DNA from: Candidatus Sumerlaeota bacterium | GTDB lineage: Bacteria > Sumerlaeota > Sumerlaeia > SLMS01 > JAHLLQ01 | Assembly: GCA_030156535.1 (NCBI GenBank) | Contig: JASGMJ010000020.1 | Coordinates: 3,571 to 67,570 of the forward strand | Direction: 5' to 3' | DNA length: 64,000 bases | Shown: positions 36,545 through 46,252 of the stretch, piece after piece | Position numbering within the stretch: position 1 is the first letter of the stretch | Layout: every line of letters begins with the position of its first letter | Notes under the pieces: model-generated | The model's input: only the letters and a program-made list of their open reading frames with translations | Databases searched by the model: none | Told to the model about the DNA's origin: nothing | Program-made: the position numbers and the translations under genes

Positions 36545-36775
36545 GGGTGCTTGGTTCCTTCTCGAATCTTTGATCTGGCTGGATTTAGAGATAATGCTGT
36601 CCCTGTTTCAGCCAAACGGAGTGGGGATTTAGACCATCCCCCCCACCGGGAACAAGCGAAATCCGGTGCCTTGACGCGCTCTTCTCGCTCTCCCGGTGCC
36701 GATGCCGCTGACAAAGGCCGGGCGCCTCCGTGGTGGGAGGCGCCCGGTGGTGGTCGAGGATGATGCCCGCCGGTG

Positions 36776-38860
36776 TTACTGGACGAGCGGGATGATGGTG
36801 ATGTTGCCGAGGTAGAAGTTCACGGCAATGACGCCGTCGACGTTGTCGTTCGAGCCGTCGATGTTGACGTCGAAGTTGTCGGGACGTGTCACGCCGTTGG
36901 GCAGGCCGAGGAAGCTCTTGAACATTTCAAGGCCGTCGGCGAGATCGACGTCGCCGTCGCCGTCCACGTCGCCCAGTTCGGGCTTGGAGTTGGCGTCGTT
37001 GGGGTTGTAGCCGAGCAGAACTTCGTAGAAGTCGGCGTAGCTGTCGCTGTCGGAGTCCTTGGGATTGGCGCCGACCTTGTTGCTGTCGACGAGGTCGGGG
37101 AGCTTGTCGTTGTCGACGTCGGTATCGTCAGCGGTCATCGGGCTCTCGAACTTGAACTCCTGCAAGTCGGTGAAGATGTCGGAGTCGGAGTTCGCCGAGC
37201 TGTCGTTGGGATCAACGGGGACGGGGAGGCCATCGTTGTCGGCGTCGGTCTCACTGACGGAGCCGGTGATGACGTAGCCGGTGGAGCCGGCGTTGTCGAA
37301 GCCGTCGCTGATCTTGCCGTCGAGAATCGCTGCATCGGCCACGCTCATGGTGGAGGGGAGGACGAGGCCGCTGCCGACGTCGAACAGGTTGTCGGCTGCG
37401 TAGATGCTCTTGGTGAAGGGACCAGCGGTGCTGCTGGCGACGTCGGATTCGGTGGTGCCGTTTTCATAGCGTGCCAGCGTGCTGGTGGGCACGGCGGCCG
37501 CGTTATCCAACTCGATGAAGGTGTCCAGGCCGGCGGAGAACTTGTTGGCGAGAGCGCCAGGGCCGCCGAGAGCGACGCGATAGAAGGTGATCGGGCCACC
37601 CGCGCTGTTGTCTGCATCCTCGCCGTTGTGGTTCAGGAAGACGACGCCCTTGACGCCGGAAAAGCCGCCGTCATTCAGCGTGCTGCCAAAGATGGCGGGG
37701 GAATTCTGGGCCTGCGACGCGCTGGCAACGTCGGAGGCGTCCCACTGATACGGCTGGTCGCTCTGGTACGAATTGGCGGACGAGTAGATCTTGTTGTTCA
37801 CCTCGATCAGGACGGTGTCGTCCTCCAGCGCGTTGACCGTGTTGTTGCGCAGCGTGATGTCGCGGGCGTTGGTGATGGCGATGCCCGTGTTGCGCGCGTT
37901 GACGGTGTTGCCATCGACGAAGATGGAGAAGGAGCTGTAGATGTTCTTGATCTGGAGGCCGCGGCGGTGGCGGATCGTGGTGCCGACTTCGCCGGGGGCG
38001 TGGTCGTCGGTCTGCGAGCCGTAGCCAGCCTTCGCCGTGATCGTGTTGTTGATGAACTTGACGACGCCGTTGGCGCCGATGTCGCCGATTTCGGCCTGGG
38101 CGCCGCGGTTACGCTCGTCGCCCCAGCCGAGGAACTGGTTGTTGTCAACCGTCAGCGTGGTCTGGGCGATGAAGCGGGCGATGAACTGGAAGTGCTCGGT
38201 GTGGACGGTGTTGTTGGCGATCGTGCCGCCAACCTGACGCTCGGCCCAGATGCCTGCGTGCGGGAACTCGGCGCCGTCGGCGCCAACAACGTTGCCCGTG
38301 ACGGTGGCGTCGATCGTGGCGTTGTTGTTGCCGAAAAGAACGATGCCGCTGGCCGTGTTGTCCGTCGTGGCCTGCACGAAGGGAACGAGGTTGCCGTGGG
38401 TATAGCCGGCCGGCTTGCCCGAACCGAGATAGTTGATTGTATTGTTCGTGATGGTGACGCTGGTGATCGAGTTGGCCGGGACAGCCGACGCCTGGGAAAC
38501 CACGATGCCCGCCATGTTGTTCGGGGCTTCAACGTTGATGATGAAGCCGTCGATCGTGCAGCCAGTGGACAGGATGCGGACGTTGGCGCAGGTGGAATTC
38601 GTGGCTGCGGTCGCCGGGGTGTCGATCGTGGCGCCGTTGATGCCGTTGATCGTCAGGTCCGCCTTGTTGACGACGACGCGTTCAGCGAGCACATCGCCAT
38701 CGACTTCAATCGTATCGCCGGCCACGGCTGCCGTGATGGCGTCCGTCAGCGTTGCATGGGTTGTCGATTGCGTTGTGTTGGTGATCGTCGCAAAGGCGCT
38801 TGCAGTAAGAAACAGAGCACCGGCTACAGCCGTGCCCCGCAAACGGTAGCAGTTTCGCAT
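36776..38860 (-). CDS. secreted right-handed parallel beta-helix protein (pectate-lyase/NosD-like) with C-terminal Asp-rich calcium-binding repeats and a dockerin-like repeat pair
   Basis: Signal peptide MRNCYRLRGTAVAGALFLTASAFA. Many Asn/Thr/Gly-rich beta-helix rungs (NNTI..., GNxV...). C-terminal DxDxDG-type repeats and two dockerin-like segments (GDVDGDGDVDLADGLEMFKSFLG and DVNIDGSNDNVDGVIAVNFYLG). Confidence 0.7.
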   Translation of the reverse strand: MRNCYRLRGTAVAGALFLTASAFATITNTTQSTTHATLTDAITAAVAGDTIEVDGDVLAERVVVNKADLTINGINGATIDTPATAATNSTCANVRILSTGCTIDGFIINVEAPNNMAGIVVSQASAVPANSITSVTITNNTINYLGSGKPAGYTHGNLVPFVQATTDNTASGIVLFGNNNATIDATVTGNVVGADGAEFPHAGIWAERQVGGTIANNTVHTEHFQFIARFIAQTTLTVDNNQFLGWGDERNRGAQAEIGDIGANGVVKFINNTITAKAGYGSQTDDHAPGEVGTTIRHRRGLQIKNIYSSFSIFVDGNTVNARNTGIAITNARDITLRNNTVNALEDDTVLIEVNNKIYSSANSYQSDQPYQWDASDVASASQAQNSPAIFGSTLNDGGFSGVKGVVFLNHNGEDADNSAGGPITFYRVALGGPGALANKFSAGLDTFIELDNAAAVPTSTLARYENGTTESDVASSTAGPFTKSIYAADNLFDVGSGLVLPSTMSVADAAILDGKISDGFDNAGSTGYVITGSVSETDADNDGLPVPVDPNDSSANSDSDIFTDLQEFKFESPMTADDTDVDNDKLPDLVDSNKVGANPKDSDSDSYADFYEVLLGYNPNDANSKPELGDVDGDGDVDLADGLEMFKSFLGLPNGVTRPDNFDVNIDGSNDNVDGVIAVNFYLGNITIIPLVQ

Positions 38861-39501
38861 TTCGATGGGTCTCCTTGCGTGGATACTGGCCCGGATGAGG
38901 GCGCAGATTCGCCCCCATTGGACAGGGGCTTCTCTCGCGTGAGTCGCTTCTTTCCGTTGTGTACCTGGTCTACAAGCCCGTTCCGCAGGCTGCCACACCA
39001 GCGGACGGGCGCCTACCCTTTGCCAAAGCCGGGGATGCCCTCGTGGGTTGTCCCCGACATGCTACTCAGATACTGCCATATTGTCCCGCCTGGGCAGGAA
39101 TTCCCGCCTTCGGCGGTGTTCTCGCCGGCCGGGGCTATCTACCCCGGGAGCGCTTGCGGATCTCTTGTGGCTTTGGAGGCCTCTTCCGAGTGCCTCCTGC
39201 GTTCTCCCACCTCCCGCTTCCCGGGAGGAAGGTTCCCATAGCTTTGACAGGCGGCATGATATTGCCACCCGGATAACAAGACCCCAAACGGCCGGAAATC
39301 GCCGTTCCACTGCTCTTGCGGGTCTCAACACATGTTGAAACTAGCAAGCTCAGAGATGCGGACAACCGAAATCGAAAGCATGTGGACCATAAAAAAAACA
39401 CGGTCCGGGGTTTTTACTCTCCCTCCTTGCCATGCTCCACAGCCCGCGTTCTTCTTGCCGCAGGCTCATACTGCCTGATTCCCGCGCCGCGAGTTTCCGT
39501 C

Positions 39502-39936
39502 ATGCCCGACCGCATCGCTGTCACTTCAGCCCCCTTGAGCCTGGACGAGGCCGTTCGGGCTCTGGGGCACTTGGCGGAGGGAGACGCGCCCGATGGCCGG
39601 GAGCCGGGCACGGACCCGGAGACCGGTGCACTGGTAACGTTTTCGGGGATCGTCCGGGAAACGGAAGCCGGTCGTGCGATCACGCATTTGGATTACGAGC
39701 ACTATGCCGGGATGGCCGAGCGGGAGCTGGAACGGCTGGTGGCTGCGGCGCGGAAACGCTGGCCGCTGCGCGGGTGCGCCGTCTTCCATCGGACCGGCCC
39801 CGTTGCCGTGGGCGAGGCGTCGGTGATCGTGGCGGTGAGCGCGGGGCATCGGGCCGAGGCCTTCGAGGCCGCGCGCTTTCTGATCGACGAACTCAAGAAG
39901 TCGGTTCCGATCTGGAAGTCGGCTCCGGCGCCGTGA
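39502..39936 (+). CDS. moaE: molybdopterin synthase catalytic subunit
   Basis: 144 aa colinear with MoaE (..LVTFSGIVRE.., HLDYEHYAGMAE.., GEASVIVAVSAGHRAEAFEAARFLIDELKKSVPIWK). Confidence 0.82.
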   Translation: MPDRIAVTSAPLSLDEAVRALGHLAEGDAPDGREPGTDPETGALVTFSGIVRETEAGRAITHLDYEHYAGMAERELERLVAAARKRWPLRGCAVFHRTGPVAVGEASVIVAVSAGHRAEAFEAARFLIDELKKSVPIWKSAPAP

Positions 39937-42175
39937 GGCGTTCGCGTTCGCGGCGAGCCTGCTCGTCGGCGGGATCGCGCTCCATGATCTGCTCCAGCGC
40001 GGCGACGGCGCCTTCGGGGTCGGCGAGCCGCTTCTCGCGCAACCACGCCAGATCGTACAGCAGCGTCGTGTCGGACTCCGGAACGGCCTTGATGCCTTCG
40101 ATGAAAACGGTCTCCGCCGCGTGCCAGTCCCCGCTGTCCAGGGGCACTTCCGCCATCATGCGGTAGAGCCACGGCTCGGTGCCCAGCGCGCCGCGCCGCG
40201 CGGCATCGTAGACGGCACGGGCGGTCTCGTGGTCTTCTTCCTGGCGCGCGAAGTAAAGCACGTCGCGGACAAACCAGACGTCGCTGGCGAAGCGCGGCGC
40301 CCGCTCGCGGACGAGCGTGCGCGACTCTTCGTCGCTGGGAAACTCGCAGTAGAGCGCCCGGACGAAGCCACTGACGCGCGGGCACAACTCGATTGCGTGC
40401 AGCAGGCGCGCGCGGCGCGTTTCCGCGGGGACTTCCGTCGCGGCATCCGGCCGCGCCAGCAGGTGATTCCACACGTCGCCATCCGTCTTCACGCCGCGCC
40501 AGATTTCCGAGTAGGCGTCCTTCTGCGCCCGGCCCAGCACGTGCGCCACGAGTTCGGGATAAACGAAGCCCGGCGCGTCGGGGCCCAGGCCGTTGTGCAT
40601 CTCGAAGGCGAGCACGTACTCGGGGCGATGGACGTCGAGCGCGTAGGCCGCCGCGCGTTCGAGCACGGCGTTGCGGTGCCTGGCGCCCTCGTCCCCGATG
40701 CCAATGCCGCCGAAGCGCACCGCACGCACGCTGGGCGCATCGGCGACCACCTTGTCCGTCAGGCCGTCGACATCGATCAGCGTCAAATGGGGCGCGACCC
40801 ACATCGGCAGCCCCACATCGCTCATAACAATCGTGGCGCCGTCATGCGTGTGGAGCAGCAGGGCCTCGGCAACGTCGAGCAGGGCGGGCTGGAAGGGCTT
40901 GGCGAAGTTCCCCAGCACGTTGCGCGGGGTCAGCCACCCCTCCTGGCGGGCAACCCACTGCGGATTCCAGCCGAAGACGTAGGCCGTCTGAATGCGGAGT
41001 TGCTCGGTTCCGGCGAAGAAGAACGCCACCGCGATCAGCGCCTGTCCCGTCCGCGCCAGCCAGCGATGCGGCGCGGCGCTCGTCCGCACAAGATCGACCG
41101 CCGCCGCCACGCCGATCCCCAGGAACGGCAGGACCGGATGGAAGAACCGGAACCCGGGCATCCAGTCGGCACCGGTGTAGAGCAGATAACCCGTCTGGCA
41201 AACGAGCGGCCCCAGCACGAAGAAGCGCATCCGCGCCGTTCCGAGCAACGCGACGAACAGCCCCGAGCCGAGCAGCAGATTCGTCCAGGCGAGGCTGTTG
41301 AAGCGGCCGCCCGGCGCGCCCGTCCCGCGCGGCCATCCCGCCTGGTTCAGGTAGAACTCGTGCAGGTGCGCCAGCGCGCGCGGCACGTTGGCGGATTCGC
41401 CCGCCACCTTCGCGTAAAACGTGTTCGGCAACCAGTCGTGGAAGTACCACAGGCGCCAGAGCTGATAAGGCACGGCGAGGAGCAGGGCGAGGCCCGCGAG
41501 CTGGAGCACCCGGCGCCGGGAGGCCTCCCCGCGTCCGAGCTGCCACAGCGCCCACGCCGCCAACGGCAGGAAGTGCACGGCGGCGTCGGGGCGCGTCATC
41601 CACGCCAAAACGGCCAGAACCGGGCTGAAAGGGAGGCGGCAGGGCTCGCGCAGTTCCACCGCACTCCTCAGAGCCAGCAGAACGAGGAGCAGTGTCGCCA
41701 GCGGCGTCTCCAGCCCCTGTACCGTCCAAAATCCAAAGTGCGCGTTCACCGCGAGAAACAGCGCGGGCAGGACGTTGAGTGGGTCCTCGGCCGCGCGCAG
41801 TTCTGCCGTCAGCCGCCACGCTGCGGCCAGCGTGCCCAGCCCGCAGGCCAGCCCCGCCAGCTTGACCCACAGCAGAACGTCCCCCCCCAGTGCGTAAACA
41901 ACTGCGGCGAGCAGCATCCATGTGAAGTTGGTGTAGCCCTCCACGGGAAGCATCCCTGGATTAAAGACGAGCCCGTGGCCCTCGACGAGGTTGCGGCTGA
42001 AACGGAACGTGATGAAGGCGTCGTCGATCACCTGCTCCCATGCGTTGGAGGCGACGGCGAGAAAGAGCACGGCGCACGGGAGCAGCAGGGCGGCCTGGAG
42101 CAGCACCTCGGGGCGCCGCCAGAAGGCGCGCTGGTCGTCTCTCCAGTGTAGCAGGAAGGCGCGAGCGTCCATGGC
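39893..42175 (-). CDS. polytopic membrane glycosyltransferase, GT39/GT83 (PMT/ArnT)-like N-terminal region with a C-terminal soluble TPR-like domain
   Basis: ~11 TM helices with DDAFITFRFSRNL near the first loop (PMT/ArnT-like DE-type motif), then a ~300-aa helical domain. Start at MDARAFLL (42175). The 3' end overlaps moaE by ~44 nt, convergently. Confidence 0.6.
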   Translation of the reverse strand, partial: AMDARAFLLHWRDDQRAFWRRPEVLLQAALLLPCAVLFLAVASNAWEQVIDDAFITFRFSRNLVEGHGLVFNPGMLPVEGYTNFTWMLLAAVVYALGGDVLLWVKLAGLACGLGTLAAAWRLTAELRAAEDPLNVLPALFLAVNAHFGFWTVQGLETPLATLLLVLLALRSAVELREPCRLPFSPVLAVLAWMTRPDAAVHFLPLAAWALWQLGRGEASRRRVLQLAGLALLLAVPYQLWRLWYFHDWLPNTFYAKVAGESANVPRALAHLHEFYLNQAGWPRGTGAPGGRFNSLAWTNLLLGSGLFVALLGTARMRFFVLGPLVCQTGYLLYTGADWMPGFRFFHPVLPFLGIGVAAAVDLVRTSAAPHRWLARTGQALIAVAFFFAGTEQLRIQTAYVFGWNPQWVARQEGWLTPRNVLGNFAKPFQPALLDVAEALLLHTHDGATIVMSDVGLPMWVAPHLTLIDVDGLTDKVVADAPSVRAVRFGGIGIGDEGARHRNAVLERAAAYALDVHRPEYVLAFEMHNGLGPDAPGFVYPELVAHVLGRAQKDAYSEIWRGVKTDGDVWNHLLARPDAATEVPAETRRARLLHAIELCPRVSGFVRALYCEFPSDEESRTLVRERAPRFASDVWFVRDVLYFARQEEDHETARAVYDAARRGALGTEPWLYRMMAEVPLDSGDWHAAETVFIEGIKAVPESDTTLLYDLAWLREKRLADPEGAVAALEQIMERDPADEQARRERERLTAPEPTSRSEPTS

Positions 42176-42300
42176 CGTGGAGCGTTGGGGAGCCCGGCGC
42201 GCGCCGCAATGGCAAGAGTGCCGGCGGGGCACGATGATTGTCACGGAATTCGCTTACTAACCCAAAGCCGTTCAATATTCTTTATAAGGGAGAGAGCATC

Positions 42301-43962
42301 ATGGCCGAATCGAAAGCGCAGCGGATTCTGATCGTTGGTGGAGTCGCCGGAGGAGCGTCGTGCGCCGCGCGCCTGCGCCGCATGGATGAGTTCGCCGAAA
42401 TTGTCGTCTTCGAGAAAGGCCCGTATGTTTCCTTCGCCAATTGCGGCCTGCCGTACCACACGAGCGGGGTCATCAAGGAAGAGGCGAGTCTGCTGCTCGC
42501 CACGCCGGAGAAGTTTCGCGCCCAGTTCAACATCGACGTGCGTACTCACTTTGAAGTGACGGGTATCGACCGCGCCGCGAAAACCGTCGAAGTGACCAAC
42601 ACCCAGACGGGCGAGGTAACGACGGAAGCCTACGACAAGCTGGTGCTCTCGCCCGGGGCCGAGCCGATCCGCCCGCCGCTGCCGGGGATCGATCTTCCGG
42701 GCATTTTCACGGTGCGCACCGTGCCCGACGCGCGGGCGATCCGCGAGTGGATCGACACGAAGAAGGTTCGCCGCGCCGTGGTGATCGGCGGCGGATTCAT
42801 TGGCCTCGAAATGGCCGAAAACCTCGCGCATCGCGGGATTGCCTGCACGTTGATCGAACGTCTGCCGCAGGTCATGCCCCCTGCGGACGAGGAAATGGTC
42901 CGGCCGCTGCAGGCGCACCTGCGCGAGAAGGGAATCGACCTGCGTCTGGAAACGTCGGTGACGGGTTTCGAGCAGCGCGCCGACGGTCTGGTGGTGACGA
43001 CGGACAAGGGCGATGTCCCCGCAGCCGGGCTGGCGATTCTCGCCATCGGGGTCAAGCCGCTGACGGATCTGGCCCGCGAGGCGGGACTGGCTCTGAATGC
43101 ACGCGGAGCCATCAAGGTCGATGAGCACATGCGTACCAGCGACCCCGACGTTTACGCGATCGGCGACGCGGTGGAAACGATCAACGTGGTGACGGGCAAG
43201 CCTGGTCTGTTGCCGCTGGCGGGCCCGGCCAATCGCCAGGGGCGTCTGGTGGCGGATCATCTTGCGGGACGGGCCGACGCGCGCTTTCGCGGCGTGCAGG
43301 GTACGTCGGTCGTCGGCGTGTTCGATCTGACGCTGGCGCAGACGGGGCCGAGCGAGCGGCAGCTTCGTGCCGAAGGCGTGGCATGCGAGAAGGCGTACCT
43401 TTTCCCCGGGCACCACGTCGGGTATTACCCCGGTGCGGAACCGATCTATTTCAAGCTGCTCTTTGCGCCGGGTGACGGGCGCGTGCTCGGCGCGCAGGCG
43501 GTCGGCAAGGCGGGAGTGGAGAAGCGCATCGACGTCATTGCGATGGCGATTCAGATGAAGGCCACCGTGTTCGATCTCGAAGAGGCCGAGTTGTGTTATG
43601 CGCCGCAGTATGGCGCGGCCAAGGACCCCGTGAACATGGCAGCGTTCATCGCGGCCAACCATCTGCGGGACGAGTCGCCGATCGTCCATTGGGAGGCGCT
43701 GGAAACGACGGCGTCCCGGCCGGTGCTGCTCGACGTGCGCAACCCGGACGAAATCGCCGGGGGCGTACTGGAAGGCACCGTGGTCATTCCGCTGCCTGAA
43801 CTGCGCGCACGCCTGGGCGAACTTCCGCAGGACCGGCCGCTGTGGGTGATTTGTGGCATCGGCCAGCGCTCGCACTATGCCGTGCGCCTCCTGCGCCAGA
43901 AGGGCTTCGACGCGTACTACCTCAGCGGCGGCTGGAAGATGAAAAACGTGCTGGGCGGATAG
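42301..43962 (+). CDS. CoA-disulfide reductase-type pyridine nucleotide-disulfide oxidoreductase with a C-terminal rhodanese domain
   Basis: FAD motif ILIVGGVAGGASCAARL, redox Cys in SFANCGLPY, NAD motif VVIGGGFIGLEMAE, and a C-terminal rhodanese-like region with a Cys loop (VICGIGQRS). Confidence 0.85.
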   Translation: MAESKAQRILIVGGVAGGASCAARLRRMDEFAEIVVFEKGPYVSFANCGLPYHTSGVIKEEASLLLATPEKFRAQFNIDVRTHFEVTGIDRAAKTVEVTNTQTGEVTTEAYDKLVLSPGAEPIRPPLPGIDLPGIFTVRTVPDARAIREWIDTKKVRRAVVIGGGFIGLEMAENLAHRGIACTLIERLPQVMPPADEEMVRPLQAHLREKGIDLRLETSVTGFEQRADGLVVTTDKGDVPAAGLAILAIGVKPLTDLAREAGLALNARGAIKVDEHMRTSDPDVYAIGDAVETINVVTGKPGLLPLAGPANRQGRLVADHLAGRADARFRGVQGTSVVGVFDLTLAQTGPSERQLRAEGVACEKAYLFPGHHVGYYPGAEPIYFKLLFAPGDGRVLGAQAVGKAGVEKRIDVIAMAIQMKATVFDLEEAELCYAPQYGAAKDPVNMAAFIAANHLRDESPIVHWEALETTASRPVLLDVRNPDEIAGGVLEGTVVIPLPELRARLGELPQDRPLWVICGIGQRSHYAVRLLRQKGFDAYYLSGGWKMKNVLGG

Positions 43963-44036
43963 CAGGCCGCACTTGCTCTCCCCAACCGTTTTGGCTTCAC
44001 TCACGCATCCACTTTTTCTCAAAAGGAGGGAGTGCG

Positions 44037-44399
44037 ATGCTGGAGGAGGAACTGACGCGGCGAATCATCAAGTGCTGTATTGATGTGTCCAATGAGTTGG
44101 GCGCTGGGTTTATGGAAGGTGTCTACCACAGCGCCCTTCTCTTCTGTCTGCAGGATGAGGGACTCGTTGTTGAGTCTGAACGGCCGCTCGACGTGTACTT
44201 CAGAGACCGGCTGGTGGGCCGGTTCTTCGCCGACCTGGTTGTGGAGGAAAAGATCATCCTCGAACTCAAGGCCGTGGACACGATTCTGCCGGCACACACG
44301 GCCCAGTTGCTCAATTATCTCAGGGCAACTGAACTGAAGATCGGCCTGCTTGTGAACTTCGGAACCCCAAGGGTTCAATGGAAGCGGCTTGTTTGTTGA
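44037..44399 (+). CDS. GxxExxY-family protein (PD-(D/E)xK nuclease-like fold)
   Basis: 120 aa with ELGAGFMEGVYHSAL (GxxExxY) and the D...ExK-like arrangement (FADLVVEEKIILELKAV). AAAGGAGGG lies 7 nt upstream of the ATG. Confidence 0.68.
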   Translation: MLEEELTRRIIKCCIDVSNELGAGFMEGVYHSALLFCLQDEGLVVESERPLDVYFRDRLVGRFFADLVVEEKIILELKAVDTILPAHTAQLLNYLRATELKIGLLVNFGTPRVQWKRLVC

Positions 44400-46140
44400 A
44401 TCCATCAGTATTCGGATGCCTTGCCCGGCCACGCATCCGTGTCCATCCGTCATTATCCGCTCTTCATCCGTGGTAGCCGGTTGCCGTCGGCGTGCGGCGC
44501 TCGTGCGCGGCGAAGGGGAAAGCATACCACGGATAAGGGAAGGATAAGAACCGATGCACACGGATTGCTGAGGGCCAACCGCCCATCCGTGTTCATCCGT
44601 CGTTATCCGTCGTTCATCCGTGGTAGCCGGTTGCCGTGGGCGTGCAGCACCCGGACGCGGCGAAGGGGAAAGTAGACCACGGATAAGGGAAGGATAGGTC
44701 CCGATGCACACGGATTGCTGAGGCCCACCCGCCCATCCGTGTCCATCCGGCGTTATCCGTCGTTCATCCGTGGGAGCCGGTTGCCGTGGGCGTGCAGCAC
44801 CCGGACGCGGCGAAGGGGAAAGTAGACCACGGATAAGGGAAGGATAGGTCCCGATGCACACGGATTGCTGAGACCCACCCGCCCATCCGTGTCCATCCGT
44901 CATTATCCGCTCTTCATCCGTGGGAGCCGGTTGCCGTGGGCGTGCCGATCCCGGACGCGGCGAAGGGAAGAGCATACCACGGATAAGGGAAGGATAAGTA
45001 CCGCGATGCACACGGATTGCTGGGGTCCAACCGTTCATCCGTGTCCATCCGTCATTATCCGCTGTTCATCCGTGGTAGTCGGTTGCCGTGGGCGTGCGGC
45101 GCTCGTGCGCGGCGAAGGGGAAAGCATACCACGGATAAGGGAAGGATAGGTCCTGATGCACACGGATCCTGGGGCCCAACCGCCCATCCGTGTCCATCCG
45201 CCGTTATCCGCTGTTCATCCGTGGTAGTCGGTTGCCGTGGGCATGCGGCGCCCGGACACGGCGAAGGGAAGAGCATACCACGGATAAGGGAAGGATAAGA
45301 ATCGATGCACACGGATCCTGGGGCCCAACGCGCCCATCCGTGTCCATCCGTCGTTGTCCGTCGTTCATCCGTGGTAGTCGGTTGCCGTCGGCGTGCGGCG
45401 CCCGGACGCGGCGAAGGGGAAGAGCAAACCACGGATAAGGGAAGGATAAGAACCGATGCACACGGATACTGGGGCCCAACCGCCCATCCGTGTTCATCCG
45501 TCGTTATCCCCCGTTCATCCGTGGAAGTCGGTTGCCGTGGGCATGCGGCGCCCCGGACGCGGCGAAGGGAAGAGCATACCACGGATAAGGGAAGGATAGG
45601 TCCTGATGCACACGGATCCTGGGGCCCAACGCGCCCATCCGTGTCCATCCGCCGTTATCCGCTGTTCATCCGTGGTAGTCGGTTGCCGTGGGCATGCGGC
45701 GCCCGGACGCGGCGAAGGGAAGAGCATACCACGGATAAGGGAAGGATAAGAACCGATGCACACGGATACTGGGGCCCAACATGCCCATCCGTGTCCATCC
45801 GACGTTATCCGTCGTTCATCCGTGGTAGTCGGTTGCCGTGGGCGTGCAGCACCCGGACGCGGCGAAAGGGAAAAGCATACCACGGATAAGGGAAGGATAC
45901 GTCCGGATACACACGGATATTGAGGTCCAACCGCCCATCCGTGTTCATCCGCCGTTATCCGCCGTTCATCCGTGGTAGTCGGTTGCCGTGGGCGTACAGC
46001 GCTCGGACGAGCCGAAGGGGAAAGCATACCACGGATAAGGGAAGGATAGGTCCGGATGCACACGGATTGCTGGGGTCCAACCGTTCATCCGTGTCCATCC
46101 AACGTGATCCGTTGTTCATCCCTGGTAGTCGGTTGCCGTG
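44400..46140. repeat. tandem array of ~11.6 copies of a ~150-bp unit (periods 149-152 bp, ~85-95% identity), each unit an imperfect ~40-bp inverted repeat flanking a ~55-nt GC-rich loop
   Basis: Unit starts (CATCCGTG...) fall at 44434, 44585, 44734, 44884, 45036, 45185, 45335, 45485, 45636, 45786, 45936 and 46086 (the last truncated). The left arm carries 3-4 copies of ATCCGT. The right arm carries CACGGATAAGGGAAGGATA..CACGGAT, which is its reverse complement. The core ACCACGGATAAGGGAAGGATA is invariant in all units. Frame-shifting indels between units argue against coding. Confidence 0.9.
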
Positions 46141-46252
46141 AGGCACCGAGCCACCGGCCAGGCGTTGGCCCGCTCCTTGCCCGACCTGACGTTCCTGTTG
46201 TCGGCAGGCCGTGGTGCACCGACACTGGTGGCCAAGGAGCACGCTCACCCGC

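Noticed and set aside
38861-39501. Calling a Moco riboswitch upstream of moaE
   Set aside because: The context is suggestive and a CCGCCUGGG-like stretch exists, but it lies ~380 nt from the start codon and I cannot match the covariance-model consensus by eye. I kept it as a low-confidence regulatory-leader finding only.
44400-46140. CRISPR array interpretation of the tandem repeats
   Set aside because: The entire ~150-bp unit repeats with ~90% identity. There are no unique spacer segments between short conserved repeats, no cas genes nearby, and the repeat length is far outside the 24-48 bp CRISPR range.
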